NCBI GenBank assembly: GCA_041659045.1
Contig: JBAZZB010000003.1
Coordinates: 94,212 to 131,429, forward strand
Direction of reading: 5' to 3'
DNA length: 37,218 nt
DNA from: Patescibacteria group bacterium
GTDB taxonomy: Bacteria > Patescibacteriota > Patescibacteriia > SG8-24 > DYFX01
The position numbers and the translations under genes were made by a program. Below the pieces are notes generated by a model that searched no databases, had not been told where the DNA came from, and worked only from the letters and a program-made list of their open reading frames with translations. Shown piece by piece: positions 15,950 through 25,433 of this stretch (its first letter is position 1; each line of letters starts with the position of its first letter).

Positions 15950-17233
15950 TTACTTGATGGCGTCGTAATCGTACTCGCGCATCGTCATCTGACTCTCGAC
16001 TTGCCGGACGATTTCCAGCACGACGGAAACGATAATGAGGAGCGAGGAGCCGCCGATCACCAGGTTCTGCGTTCCCGTGAGGAATTGCTGAACGATGAGC
16101 GGCAGGATGGCGATCACGGCGATGGCGGCGGCGCCGGCCAGCGTGATGCGGTTGACCGCGTACAACAGGTAGTCGGCCGTCGGCTTGCCCGGGCGGATGC
16201 CAGGGACATAGCCGCCTTGCTTCTGCAGGTTCTCTGCGATCTGCTCCGGTTTGAAGACGATCGCGGTGTAGAAGTAGGTGAAGGCGAAGACCAGGACGAA
16301 GTACGAGATGCCGTAGACAAGCTGGTTCTGAGATGCGGAGAGCACCCAGTTTGCGGCGTCGGCGATCCAGGCAGTCTTCGCGCGAACGAAGAACTGCGCG
16401 ATCATCGGCGGGAACAGGACGATCGAGATCGCGAAGATAATCGGGATCACGCCAGCCATGTTCACACGCAAAGGCAAGTGCGTATTGGATCCGCCAGCCG
16501 TTCCGTTGCCGACCACGCGCTTGGCGTAGGTCACAGGAATGTTGCGCTGGGCTTCCGAGATCACGACGACGCCGGCGACGGTCAAGACCGCAACCAGGAC
16601 GAAGGCGATATACACCGGGAGCTTGGACGGATCATACGTCAGAAGTGCCTGCTGGATCATGCGCGGAAGTCCGCTCACGATACCCGTGAAGATCAGGATA
16701 GAAATGCCGTTGCCGACTTTCTGTGCATCGATCAGTTCACCGAGCCAGACCAAGAACATCGTGCCGGCCGACATCGCAAGAAGCGTGGTGGCAAGCTGAA
16801 TGGTGGAAAGGCTCGTGATGACGCCTGAGGACTGCTTGAGCAGGCTGATCATGGCGTAGGCCTGGAGCACCGCGAGCGGCACCGTCAGGTAACGAGTGTA
16901 CTGAGCGATTTTGCGCTGACCCTGCTCACCTTCTTTCTGAAGCTCTTCGAGGGCAGGAACGATCATGCCCAGGAGCTGCAGAATGATGGAGGCGGTGATG
17001 TACGGACCGACGCCGAGCGATACGAGCGAAAAGTTATCGAGCGTACCGCCGGAGAAGACGTTCATCAGGCCGAGCAGTTGGTTCGACTGGAAGAAGGCCT
17101 TCAGGTTCGCCAGGTCAACACCCGGGATCGGGATATGCGCGGCGACGCGGAAGACGACCAGAAGACCGAAGACTTTAAGCAGACTGGCACGGAGATCCTT
17201 CTGTTTCCAGATTTGGGAGAATTTGGCCCACAT
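15950..17233 (-). CDS. secY: Preprotein translocase subunit SecY
   Basis: LLKVFGLLVVFRVAAHIPIPGV, GVGPYITASIILQLL and multiple TM helices, in the canonical position after rplO. Confidence 0.95.
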   Translation of the reverse strand: MWAKFSQIWKQKDLRASLLKVFGLLVVFRVAAHIPIPGVDLANLKAFFQSNQLLGLMNVFSGGTLDNFSLVSLGVGPYITASIILQLLGMIVPALEELQKEGEQGQRKIAQYTRYLTVPLAVLQAYAMISLLKQSSGVITSLSTIQLATTLLAMSAGTMFLVWLGELIDAQKVGNGISILIFTGIVSGLPRMIQQALLTYDPSKLPVYIAFVLVAVLTVAGVVVISEAQRNIPVTYAKRVVGNGTAGGSNTHLPLRVNMAGVIPIIFAISIVLFPPMIAQFFVRAKTAWIADAANWVLSASQNQLVYGISYFVLVFAFTYFYTAIVFKPEQIAENLQKQGGYVPGIRPGKPTADYLLYAVNRITLAGAAAIAVIAILPLIVQQFLTGTQNLVIGGSSLLIIVSVVLEIVRQVESQMTMREYDYDAIK

Positions 17234-17264
17234 ATGTGTGGCAGTCTACCGTAATGGCTGATGC

Positions 17265-17702
17265 TTAGGCAACTGTACCGCCGGCCTTCTCGATCGCGGC
17301 TTTGGCGCCGGCCGAGACTTTGAGGCCCTTGATCGTGAGTTTGCGCGTCAGTTCGACGACACCCACAACCTTGAACGGAGCGCGCGTGTCAGTGATGACG
17401 CCGCGCTTCGCGAGTTCAGAACGCGTGACGATGCCGCCCTGCGGAAACGCTTTCACGATTTCATGCAGCGTGATCGTGCCGTCCTTGTCGTACTGGCTCT
17501 TGAAGCCGCGCAACTTCGGAATACGGCGGATGATCATCTTCATGCCCATGAGGCGCAGCTTGTTGCGGCCGCCCGTACGAGCCTTCTGACCCTTGGTACC
17601 TTTACCGGAGGTCTTACCGCGACCGGAACCAGGACCACGGCCGAGGCGGCGCGTCGAGGTTTTGGCGCCCTTGGCAGGCTTGAGAGAGTGGAGTTTCAGC
17701 AT
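17265..17702 (-). CDS. rplO: 50S ribosomal protein L15
   Basis: MLKLHSLKPAKGAKTSTRRLGRGPGSGRGKTSGKG. I preferred the ATG at 17702 to the TTG at 17717. Confidence 0.9.
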   Translation of the reverse strand: MLKLHSLKPAKGAKTSTRRLGRGPGSGRGKTSGKGTKGQKARTGGRNKLRLMGMKMIIRRIPKLRGFKSQYDKDGTITLHEIVKAFPQGGIVTRSELAKRGVITDTRAPFKVVGVVELTRKLTIKGLKVSAGAKAAIEKAGGTVA

Positions 17703-17703
17703 A

Positions 17704-18291
17704 TTAGGCGTTGACAACCACTTTCTTCAGGCGAAGCTGTTGGAGCGCTTCGATCGTAGCTTTCGTATTGTTGATTTTGTTCTTGCCGCCGAGGAGCTTG
17801 CCGATGATGTTCGGCACGCCAGCGAGTTCCATCACGACGCGCATGGCGCCGCCGGCTTTGACACCGGTACCTTTCGGGGCGGGCTTCATCAGCACCTTGG
17901 AAGCGCCGAACTTGGCCTCGACCGCGTGTGGGATGGTTTCGTTGACGAGCGGAATCGTCATCAAGCGCTTCTTGGCTTGCGTGACGGCTTTGTTGACGGC
18001 AGCCGAAACGTCGGCAGCCTTAGCGACGCCGTAACCGACACGACCCTTGTGGTCGCCGATAATGACGGTCGCGCGGAAGCGCATGCGCTTACCGCCCTTG
18101 GTGACGCGGGTGACGCGGTCAAGTGCGAGAATGCGCTGATCGAATTCCTTCGGCTCTTCCGGACGGCGACCGCGCGGCGGACCACGGCGGTCACCACCAC
18201 GGCCACCTCCGAAACCGCCGCCGCGCGAATCGCGTGACGGTGCGGCACTGGTCGTCGCCGGAGCTGCGGATTTTGCGTTGGTGTTCTCCAT
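17704..18291 (-). CDS. rpsE: 30S ribosomal protein S5, with a Gly/Arg-rich N-terminal extension
   Basis: DRVTRVTKGGKRMRFRATVIIGDHKGRVGYGVAKA. Confidence 0.95.
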   Translation of the reverse strand: MENTNAKSAAPATTSAAPSRDSRGGGFGGGRGGDRRGPPRGRRPEEPKEFDQRILALDRVTRVTKGGKRMRFRATVIIGDHKGRVGYGVAKAADVSAAVNKAVTQAKKRLMTIPLVNETIPHAVEAKFGASKVLMKPAPKGTGVKAGGAMRVVMELAGVPNIIGKLLGGKNKINNTKATIEALQQLRLKKVVVNA

Positions 18292-18299
18292 AGTTCCGG

Positions 18300-18674
18300 T
18301 TAGAATTGGAGGCCTCCGGCGCGAGCGCCGTCGGCGAGAGCCTGGATGCGTCCGTGGTAGGAGTAGCCTCCGCGATCGAAGACGACTGCGGTGACTCCGG
18401 CCTTCTTGGCTTTCTCGGCGAGATCCTGACCGACGGCGTGAGCCGACGCGATCTTCGCTTCCATACCTTCGGCTTTCGCGCCCTTCTTGGACTTGGCGTC
18501 CGTCGAGGCAACGATCGTCTTACCAGTCGCGTCGTCGATCAGCTGCGCGTAGATGTGCTTCGCGCTGCGGAAGACGGCGAGACGCGGACGAGCGGCCGTA
18601 CCCTTGACGCGAGCGCGGATGCGGATGCGGCGGCGGGTGCGGGTTTCAGTTTTCTTCTGGCTAAGAGATTTCAT
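18300..18674 (-). CDS. rplR: 50S ribosomal protein L18
   Basis: [35 protein letters not shown]. Confidence 0.95.
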   Translation of the reverse strand: MKSLSQKKTETRTRRRIRIRARVKGTAARPRLAVFRSAKHIYAQLIDDATGKTIVASTDAKSKKGAKAEGMEAKIASAHAVGQDLAEKAKKAGVTAVVFDRGGYSYHGRIQALADGARAGGLQF

Positions 18675-18683
18675 AGTCGTCGA

Positions 18684-19232
18684 TTACTTGGCGCCGGCCT
18701 TGGCCGACTTGCCCGCCTTGCGGCGGATGACTTCGTCGACGTACTTGATGCCCTTGCCCTTGTACGGTTCCGGCTTGCGGATGCGGCGGATGCGTGCGGC
18801 GGTTTCGCCGACGAGCTGCTTGTCGATGCCGGAGAGGGTCAATGTGTTCTTGTCGACTTTGGCTTCGACGCCGGCCGGGAGCGGGAAGTCGACTTCATGG
18901 GAGAAGCCAACGTCCATCTTCACGGTTTTTCCAGCGAGGTTCACCTTGTAGCCGACGCCGACGAACTCAAGACCTTTTTCGTACCCCTTAGTGACGCCGA
19001 CAATCATGTTGGCGACCAAGCGGTTGAAGAGGCCCCAGAGGGCGCGGTCTTTCTTGTTCTCCTCGCTCTTGACGGAGACCGTCAACACATCGCCCGCGCG
19101 CTCGAGGCGCACGTGCGGATGCAGGGCGAGCTTCAGCTCCCCTTTCGGGCCTTTCACGCGCGCTTCCGTTTCGGAAAGCGTGACGTCAACGCCCGCAGGG
19201 ACCTGGATAAGTTTTTTACCGATACGAGACAT
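18684..19232 (-). CDS. rplF: 50S ribosomal protein L6
   Basis: MSRIGKKLIQVPAGVDV. The start was trimmed to the ATG at 19232 to avoid overlapping rpsH. Confidence 0.95.
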   Translation of the reverse strand: MSRIGKKLIQVPAGVDVTLSETEARVKGPKGELKLALHPHVRLERAGDVLTVSVKSEENKKDRALWGLFNRLVANMIVGVTKGYEKGLEFVGVGYKVNLAGKTVKMDVGFSHEVDFPLPAGVEAKVDKNTLTLSGIDKQLVGETAARIRRIRKPEPYKGKGIKYVDEVIRRKAGKSAKAGAK

Positions 19233-19242
19233 AGTCGCGGGA

Positions 19243-19632
19243 TCAGTAGACTTCGCACACGACTTCTCCACCCAGGCCGCGCTTGCGCGCATCCCTGTTG
19301 GTCATAAGACCAGCGGAGGTCGAGACGATAGCGATGCCCTGGCCGTTTAAGACACGGGGCAGTTCGGTCTTCGTCGCGTAAACGCGAAGACCCGGTTTCG
19401 AAACGCGTCGGATGTCGCGAATGGCGGCACCGTTCTCGTCGTACCGCATCTTGAGCTTGAGCTGCCCGTGATGCGCGTCCGTTTTCTCGACACCGGAAAG
19501 GTAGCCCTCTTTTTCGAGGATCTTCGCGATCTCGAATTTCATCCGCGAGAGCGGGAGGACGACTTCCTGTTTGCGCACCATGGCGGCGTTGCGCAGCCGG
19601 GTGAGCATGTCAGCGATGGGGTCGGTCATCAT
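19243..19632 (-). CDS. rpsH: 30S ribosomal protein S8
   Basis: MMTDPIADMLTRLRNA. Confidence 0.95.
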   Translation of the reverse strand: MMTDPIADMLTRLRNAAMVRKQEVVLPLSRMKFEIAKILEKEGYLSGVEKTDAHHGQLKLKMRYDENGAAIRDIRRVSKPGLRVYATKTELPRVLNGQGIAIVSTSAGLMTNRDARKRGLGGEVVCEVY

Positions 19633-19635
19633 AGG

Positions 19636-19821
19636 TTACCAGCTAGCTTTCTTGATACCCGGGATCTCGCCACGGTTGGCGAGCTCACGGAAGCAGATAC
19701 GGCAGAGGTCGAAGTCGCGCATGAAACCATGGCGGCGGCCGCAGCGCCAGCAACGGCGCACAATACGGCTTGAGAACTTCGGCTTACGGTTGGATTTGGC
19801 GATCTGATTTGCTGTTGCCAT
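19636..19821 (-). CDS. rpsZ: 30S ribosomal protein S14, type Z (zinc-binding, 61 aa)
   Basis: [23 protein letters not shown] contains the CxxC..CxxC pattern. Confidence 0.95.
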   Translation of the reverse strand: MATANQIAKSNRKPKFSSRIVRRCWRCGRRHGFMRDFDLCRICFRELANRGEIPGIKKASW

Positions 19822-19833
19822 AGGGGTGCGGCC

Positions 19834-20370
19834 TTAGCCGTGGAAGGGAAAGCCGAGACGTTTGAACAGTTCCAGGCCTTCTTCACGGTTCTTAGCCGTG
19901 GAAGAGACCGTCACCTGCACACCGTGCAGGCGCTCGATCTCGTCAGCGCGGATCTCCGGGAACGCGATGTACTCCTTGAAGCCGATCGAGAGGTTGCCCT
20001 GCTTGTCGATAAGTTTCGGGGAGATGCCGCGGAAGTCGCGGATGCGAGGCATGGTCACGTGGATCAACTTCTCGAGGAAGTGCCACATGCGGTCGCCGCG
20101 GAGGGTAACCTTCATGCCGATGTGCTGACCCTCGCGGATCTTGAAGCTCGCGATCGACTTCTTTGCCAGCGTCTTCACCGGCTTCTGGCCAGTGATGCGC
20201 TGAAGGGTCGACTCAACGGTCTCCGGGATCTTGGGATCCTTGAGGAGATTGGTGGACATGCCGACGTTGACAGAAACCAGCTTCAGCTTCGGAACCGCCA
20301 TGCGGTTCGTGTAGCCGAAGTGCTTCATCAGATCGGGAGCCACTTGTTTTTCGTAGATTTCGCGAAGCAT
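19834..20370 (-). CDS. rplE: 50S ribosomal protein L5
   Basis: MLREIYEKQVAPDLMKHFGYTNRMAVPKLKLVSVNVGM. I preferred the ATG at 20370 to the GTG at 20388. Confidence 0.95.
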   Translation of the reverse strand: MLREIYEKQVAPDLMKHFGYTNRMAVPKLKLVSVNVGMSTNLLKDPKIPETVESTLQRITGQKPVKTLAKKSIASFKIREGQHIGMKVTLRGDRMWHFLEKLIHVTMPRIRDFRGISPKLIDKQGNLSIGFKEYIAFPEIRADEIERLHGVQVTVSSTAKNREEGLELFKRLGFPFHG

Positions 20371-20371
20371 A

Positions 20372-20683
20372 TCATTCGATCGTTTCACCGCTCTTCTTCA
20401 TCACGCGCACCTTGCGGCCGTCTTCCATGACCTTGTAGCCGACGCGGGTCGGCTTGCCGGACTTGGTGTCGACGAGCATGACGTTGGAAGCGTTGACAGG
20501 ACCGTTGTATTCGATCTTCTGTCCTTTTTCTCCTTGTTTGCGAGTCTTGGCGTGCTTGATCGTCACGTTGACGCCCTCGACCACGACCTTGCCTTCCACA
20601 GGGAAGACTTGGATGACCTTACCGGTCTTGCCGCGGTCTTTGCCGGCCATGACCATCACGTTGTCGCCTTTTTTGATCTTCAT
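20372..20683 (-). CDS. rplX: 50S ribosomal protein L24
   Basis: MKIKKGDNVMVMAGKDRGKTGKV (KOW motif). The longer ORF overlaps rplN and was trimmed. Confidence 0.95.
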   Translation of the reverse strand: MKIKKGDNVMVMAGKDRGKTGKVIQVFPVEGKVVVEGVNVTIKHAKTRKQGEKGQKIEYNGPVNASNVMLVDTKSGKPTRVGYKVMEDGRKVRVMKKSGETIE

Positions 20684-20694
20684 ATGTATGGGGA

Positions 20695-21066
20695 TCAGAC
20701 GACTTCGGGAGCCAAGGAAATGATCTTGCCGTAGCCCATCGAGCGGAGCTCGCGGGCAACAGGTCCGAAGATGCGCGTGCCCTTCGGTTCCTTGCCCGAT
20801 TTGTCGATGATAACGGCAGCGTTGTCGTCGAAGCGCACGTAGGAACCGTCCTTGCGGCGGGTTTCCTTGTGAATGCGGGTCAGGACAGCGTGAACGACGT
20901 CGCCCTTTTTGACCATCCCGTGCGGGACAGCTTCTTTGACGGCGCACGTCACGATGTTTCCGAGGACCGCGTAGTGCTTTTTATAGCCACCGAGCACGCG
21001 GATGACCTGGAGCTTCTTGGCGCCGGTGTTGTCGGCGACCTTCAGCATTGAACGATGTTGGACCAT
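20695..21066 (-). CDS. rplN: 50S ribosomal protein L14
   Basis: [21 protein letters not shown]. Confidence 0.95.
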   Translation of the reverse strand: MVQHRSMLKVADNTGAKKLQVIRVLGGYKKHYAVLGNIVTCAVKEAVPHGMVKKGDVVHAVLTRIHKETRRKDGSYVRFDDNAAVIIDKSGKEPKGTRIFGPVARELRSMGYGKIISLAPEVV

Positions 21067-21075
21067 ACGCGTGGG

Positions 21076-21327
21076 TTAAGCGGCTTTACCGATCACGCGC
21101 CAGCGCTTATCGCGCGAGTACGGACGGCATTCTTCGAAGGTGACTTTATCGCCAACCTTGTATTCATTCTTTTCGTCATGGGCCTTGAAGCGCGTCGAGA
21201 CGACGTACTGCTTGCCGTACTTCGGGTGCGTCTTCACCGTGTCGACATTGATGACGACCGTCTTCTGCATTTTGTCAGAGACGACCGTACCAACGAGTTC
21301 GCGGCGGTTATTCGTTTTCGTAGTCAT
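21076..21327 (-). CDS. rpsQ: 30S ribosomal protein S17
   Basis: RRELVGTVVSDKMQKTVVINV. Confidence 0.95.
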   Translation of the reverse strand: MTTKTNNRRELVGTVVSDKMQKTVVINVDTVKTHPKYGKQYVVSTRFKAHDEKNEYKVGDKVTFEECRPYSRDKRWRVIGKAA

Positions 21328-21332
21328 ACGTC

Positions 21333-21524
21333 TTACTTACTGGTCTCCTTTTTGAGGAGGGTCAGGATCCGCGCGATCGTCTTGCGAGCGTTGCGGACTT
21401 TGCGGACGTTGCTCTCTTGAGACGCGGCAATCGCGAAGCGCGTGGCTCGCAAATGTTCGCGCTGTTCACGAAGCATCTTTTCCAGCTCCGCGAGAGGCTT
21501 GTCCTTGAGTTCTTTAAGCTTCAT
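21333..21524 (-). CDS. rpmC: 50S ribosomal protein L29
   Basis: A 63-aa helical protein (LKELKDKPLAELEKMLREQREHLRATRF) in the conserved position. Confidence 0.9.
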   Translation of the reverse strand: MKLKELKDKPLAELEKMLREQREHLRATRFAIAASQESNVRKVRNARKTIARILTLLKKETSK

Positions 21525-21533
21525 AGAGCGGAA

Positions 21534-21950
21534 TTAGTCGTGCTTGGTGATGAATCGCGAACGGAACGGCATCTTGTGGGACGCGAGACGCATTGCTTCG
21601 CGAGCGGCTTCGGTCGGGACGCCATCCATCTCGAAGACGATAGTGCCCGGGCGAACGATCGCGACGTAGTGGTCCACGCCGCCTTTACCTCCACCCATCG
21701 GAACTTCGAGTCCCTTTGTGGTGACAGGCTTGTCGGGGAAAATACGGATCCAGATCTTTCCGCCGCGCTTGATGTAGCGCGACATGGTGCGGCGAGCCGC
21801 TTCGATCTGGCGCGAGGTGACCCAAGCCGGCGTCAGGGCCTTGAGGCCGAATTCGCCGAAGCTGAGCGAGAGCTTGGTGGTCGCCTTTTGGAGACCAGAG
21901 CTTCGCAGCTTGTGCCACTTGCGATGTTTGACTTTTTTCGGGATCAACAT
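21534..21950 (-). CDS. rplP: 50S ribosomal protein L16
   Basis: [41 protein letters not shown]. Confidence 0.95.
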   Translation of the reverse strand: MLIPKKVKHRKWHKLRSSGLQKATTKLSLSFGEFGLKALTPAWVTSRQIEAARRTMSRYIKRGGKIWIRIFPDKPVTTKGLEVPMGGGKGGVDHYVAIVRPGTIVFEMDGVPTEAAREAMRLASHKMPFRSRFITKHD

Positions 21951-21959
21951 AGCTGTGGG

Positions 21960-22757
21960 TTACGCGGCTGCCTTCTTAGGAGCAGCGGCGCGAGGAGCGC
22001 TCGACGGCGCCGGGCGAGAAGCCGGGCGGCGATCAGAGCCTCCGCGCGGGCGGTCGCGATGCGCGCGTTCCGCAGCCGAGAGAGGCGCTTTGAGCGCCGG
22101 GGCGATACCGTCCTTGTCGAAGATTTCACCACGGTAGATCCAGACTTTGACGCCGATGGCGCCGAAGATGGTGCGGGCGAAATCAGCGGCGTAGTCGATG
22201 TCCGCGCGAAGGTTCTGCAGCGGGACGGAGCCCCACGAGAGCATTTCGCGGCGAGCAATTTCAGCGCCGTTCAAGCGGCCGGAGACCATGACCTTCACGC
22301 CGAGCGCGCCGGCCTTTTGGGCACGGTCGATCGTCGTTTTGAGGACGCGGCGGAACGGCATGCGCTTTTCGAGGTCGGCGATCATGTTCTGCACCGTAAT
22401 CGCGGACGAGAGGCTCGGGCGCGCGACTTCGACGATGTTGAGCTGGACCTTCGACGCCTTCTTGCCGCCTTTGAAGAACTTATCGGAAAGCTTCTTCTTG
22501 AGGTCTTCGATACCAGTGCCTCCACGACCAATCACGAAACCCGGCTTGCCGGAGTGGATCGTGATCGTGATCTGGTTGCGACCGCGATCGATTTCAATTT
22601 TGTCGACAGCGGCTTCGCGAAGAGCGCCGCGAAGAAATTCGCGGATCTCGACGTCCTGGCGCAGGTTGGTCTTGTAGTCAGCGCGGCTGAACCACTTCGA
22701 ATCCCAGCTGTAGATCGTGCCGATGCGGAAGATTTTCGGATTGACTTTGTGTCCCAT
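21960..22757 (-). CDS. rpsC: 30S ribosomal protein S3, with an Arg/Ala/Pro-rich C-terminal extension
   Basis: MGHKVNPKIFRIG. KH domain string GKPGFVIGRGG. The start was trimmed to the ATG at 22757. Confidence 0.95.
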   Translation of the reverse strand: MGHKVNPKIFRIGTIYSWDSKWFSRADYKTNLRQDVEIREFLRGALREAAVDKIEIDRGRNQITITIHSGKPGFVIGRGGTGIEDLKKKLSDKFFKGGKKASKVQLNIVEVARPSLSSAITVQNMIADLEKRMPFRRVLKTTIDRAQKAGALGVKVMVSGRLNGAEIARREMLSWGSVPLQNLRADIDYAADFARTIFGAIGVKVWIYRGEIFDKDGIAPALKAPLSAAERAHRDRPRGGSDRRPASRPAPSSAPRAAAPKKAAA

Positions 22758-22758
22758 A

Positions 22759-23196
22759 TTACTTCTTCTTCGCGGCAACTTTCTTAGCGGTGGGCTTCTT
22801 GGCGGCTTTCTTCTCTTTCTTCTCCGCCTTCACTTCTTCCTGCGCTTCTTCTTTTTTCATACCCGTCTTCGAATCGAGGACGAGCGTGATGTGGCAGGTG
22901 CGCTTCAGGATCGGCGCGGCCGAACCCATCGCGCGCGGGCGCCAACGCTTGAGTGTCGGACCCTGGTTGACCAGCGCGGACTTGATGTACAAGCCATCGC
23001 GATCAAGTTTGAAGTTGTGCGTGGCGTTGGCCACGGCGGACTCGAGGAGTTTCTTGACCGGACGGGCGGCTGCGCGCGACATGAAGGTCAGCTGCGCAAT
23101 CGCCGGGTCGACGGCCATCCCGCGGACAGCGTCAACGACAAGTCGCACCTTGCGAGGCGACATGCGGAGATAGCGGGTGTGGGCTTTGACTTCCAT
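22759..23196 (-). CDS. rplV: 50S ribosomal protein L22, with a Lys-rich C-terminal tail
   Basis: MEVKAHTRYLRMSPRKVRLVVDAVRG. Confidence 0.95.
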   Translation of the reverse strand: MEVKAHTRYLRMSPRKVRLVVDAVRGMAVDPAIAQLTFMSRAAARPVKKLLESAVANATHNFKLDRDGLYIKSALVNQGPTLKRWRPRAMGSAAPILKRTCHITLVLDSKTGMKKEEAQEEVKAEKKEKKAAKKPTAKKVAAKKK

Positions 23197-23201
23197 AGAG
23201 T

Positions 23202-23528
23202 TTATTTCTTGGCAGCAGATGCGGCAGCCGGAGCAGCCGTCGTCGCCTTGGCAGCCTCGATTTCCTTGGTGAGCTTACCGCCATGGCGCTGGAACTTACG
23301 CGTCGGGGCGAATTCGCCCAGGCGGTGTCCGACCATGTTTTCGACGACGATGACCGGCGTGTGCTGGCGTCCGTTATGAACACCAATCGTGTAGCCAACC
23401 ATCTCCGGCGTGATGACGGACGAACGCGACCACGTTTTCACGATAGTCTTGTCGCCAGGCTTCACCTTGGAGAGTTTTTTGAGGAGTTTGGGTTCCGTAA
23501 ACGGACCCTTCTTCAGTGATCGGCTCAT
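23202..23528 (-). CDS. rpsS: 30S ribosomal protein S19
   Basis: [34 protein letters not shown]. Confidence 0.95.
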   Translation of the reverse strand: MSRSLKKGPFTEPKLLKKLSKVKPGDKTIVKTWSRSSVITPEMVGYTIGVHNGRQHTPVIVVENMVGHRLGEFAPTRKFQRHGGKLTKEIEAAKATTAAPAAASAAKK

Positions 23529-23529
23529 A

Positions 23530-24360
23530 TTACTTGCGGCGCTTCACGATGAATTTGGACGACTGCTTCTTGTGCTTCCTGGTCTTCACGCCGAGAGCAG
23601 GCTTGCCCCACGGAGTCTTCGGGTTCTTGTGACCGATCGGGTTCTTACCTTCACCACCACCGTGCGGGTGATCAACTGGGTTCATGACCTTACCGCGGAC
23701 ACGTGGGCGGAAACCCTTGTGGCGCATGCGGCCGGCCTTACCGAGACGGACCAACCAATGGTCGGGGTTCGAAACGGTACCGAGCGTCGCCGAGCACTCC
23801 TTCGAGACCATGCGGTACTCGCCGGACGGGAGCTTGAGCTGAGCCATGTCGCCTTCGATGGCCATGAGCTGCGCCGCGTTACCCGCGCCGCGCACCATTT
23901 TTCCACCGCTTCCGGCGTAGAGCTCGATGTCGTGGACAACGAGACCGATCGGGATGTGCTTGAGCGGCATGCGGTTGCCGTTCTTGCTTTCAATTTTGTT
24001 CTTGGAGGAGAGGACCGTCTCGCCGACTTTGAGGTTGGCGGGAGCGAGGATGTAGCGCTTCACGCCATCGACGTATGTCAGAAGGGCGAGGCGTCCGCCG
24101 CGGCCCGGATCGTATTCGATCGCGGCAACCTTAGCGGGAATGTCGTAACGATCGCGCATGAAATCGACCACGCGCACCATGCGCTTGGCGCCGCCGCCAC
24201 GATGGCGAACGGTGATCTTGCCCTGAGAGTTGCGACCATCGATGCGCTTTTTGTGCACCAAGAGCGACTTCTCAGGAGCTTTCTTTGTCACGTCTTCGAA
24301 CGAGTCGACGCTCGCGCCGCGGCGTCCGAAGGTTGTGGGTCGGTAAGATTTGATCGGCAT
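23530..24360 (-). CDS. rplB: 50S ribosomal protein L2
   Basis: [19 protein letters not shown] and [14 protein letters not shown]. Confidence 0.95.
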   Translation of the reverse strand: MPIKSYRPTTFGRRGASVDSFEDVTKKAPEKSLLVHKKRIDGRNSQGKITVRHRGGGAKRMVRVVDFMRDRYDIPAKVAAIEYDPGRGGRLALLTYVDGVKRYILAPANLKVGETVLSSKNKIESKNGNRMPLKHIPIGLVVHDIELYAGSGGKMVRGAGNAAQLMAIEGDMAQLKLPSGEYRMVSKECSATLGTVSNPDHWLVRLGKAGRMRHKGFRPRVRGKVMNPVDHPHGGGEGKNPIGHKNPKTPWGKPALGVKTRKHKKQSSKFIVKRRK

Positions 24361-24369
24361 ACGCGGGAA

Positions 24370-24798
24370 TTAAGCGTTGGCGTACAAGTCGATGCGATCG
24401 CCCTTCTTGAGGGTCACGATCGCTTTGCGCCAAGCGCTGCGGCGGCTCCTGCCGGCGCGAGAACGAACCGGCTTGCCGGCGATGCGCATGACGCGGATTT
24501 CCTTCGGCTCAACTCCGTAGACCGCTTTCACGGCTTTACGGATCTCGAGCTTGTTGGCTCCGGTCGCGACTTCGAAGGCGTACTGGTTGTCTTTGCCGAG
24601 CATGGTGCTCTTTTCGGTGACGATGGCGCGGACGAGCACGCGGTAGGCGGAACCGGTTTCGCGCGGAGCGGAAACAGTTTCCTTTGCCTTCTTCGGCTCT
24701 TCGGCTTTCTTCGCGTCGGCCTTCGGCTTTTCAGCTTTGACGGCCTTCGTGGGTGCCTTCTGTCCTTCGTCGTTTTTCTTGCGGTTGAAGAATCCCAT
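24370..24798 (-). CDS. rplW: 50S ribosomal protein L23, with a Lys-rich N-terminal extension
   Basis: RAIVTEKSTML..FEVATGANKLEIRKAVKAVYGV. Confidence 0.9.
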   Translation of the reverse strand: MGFFNRKKNDEGQKAPTKAVKAEKPKADAKKAEEPKKAKETVSAPRETGSAYRVLVRAIVTEKSTMLGKDNQYAFEVATGANKLEIRKAVKAVYGVEPKEIRVMRIAGKPVRSRAGRSRRSAWRKAIVTLKKGDRIDLYANA

Positions 24799-24799
24799 A

Positions 24800-25429
24800 T
24801 CAGTTGCTGTAACCCTTTTCGATAAGGGCGATCGTCTCGAGCGGAGCGACGACCGTGGTCGCCTTCAGCACGTCGACGAGGTTGAGGTCGCCAGCGGTCA
24901 CCGTCCAGATGTTCTGGAGGTTGCGCGAGGCGCGAATAGCCATCTTGTCAGCCTTCGGAAGGACGAGCAGGACTTTGCGGCCGACCGGGAGCTTCTTCAG
25001 CATGCCAGCCATGAGCTTCGTCTTGCCTTCTTCCATTGCGAACGCGTCGAGACCGATGAAGGCTTCGCCGCGAACCTTGTCAGCGAGCGCCATTGCGAGC
25101 GCGGCCTTCTTGGTTTTGCGGTTGATCTTCTTCGAGAAGTTGCGGTCGGAGCGCGGACCGAAGGTGATACCACCACCGACCCAGATCGGAGAGCGGATAG
25201 AACCGTGACGAGCGCGTCCGGTGCCCTTCTGCTTCCAAGGCTTCTTACCACCACCGCGGACTTCGCCACGGGTTTTGGTATGCGCGGAAGCGGTGCGGCT
25301 GTTGGCCATCTGCGCTTCGGCGGCGAGGTGTACAAGGCCTTCGTTGACCTTCACGTCGAACGGCGTCGGAGCCATTTCGCGTTCGGACACGACCTTACCC
25401 TCCATGTTGTAGACTTTGATCTTCGACAT
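24800..25429 (-). CDS. rplD: 50S ribosomal protein L4
   Basis: GGGKKPWKQKGTGRARHGSIRSPIWVGGG. Confidence 0.95.
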   Translation of the reverse strand: MSKIKVYNMEGKVVSEREMAPTPFDVKVNEGLVHLAAEAQMANSRTASAHTKTRGEVRGGGKKPWKQKGTGRARHGSIRSPIWVGGGITFGPRSDRNFSKKINRKTKKAALAMALADKVRGEAFIGLDAFAMEEGKTKLMAGMLKKLPVGRKVLLVLPKADKMAIRASRNLQNIWTVTAGDLNLVDVLKATTVVAPLETIALIEKGYSN

Positions 25430-25433
25430 ATGT

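Noticed and set aside
17704-24798. Lys/Ala/Pro- or Gly/Arg-rich terminal extensions on S5, S3, L22, S19, L23 and S10.
   Set aside because: Basic low-complexity tails on ribosomal proteins are common in several G+C-rich and streamlined lineages. They are noted in the feature calls but are not unusual enough for a finding.
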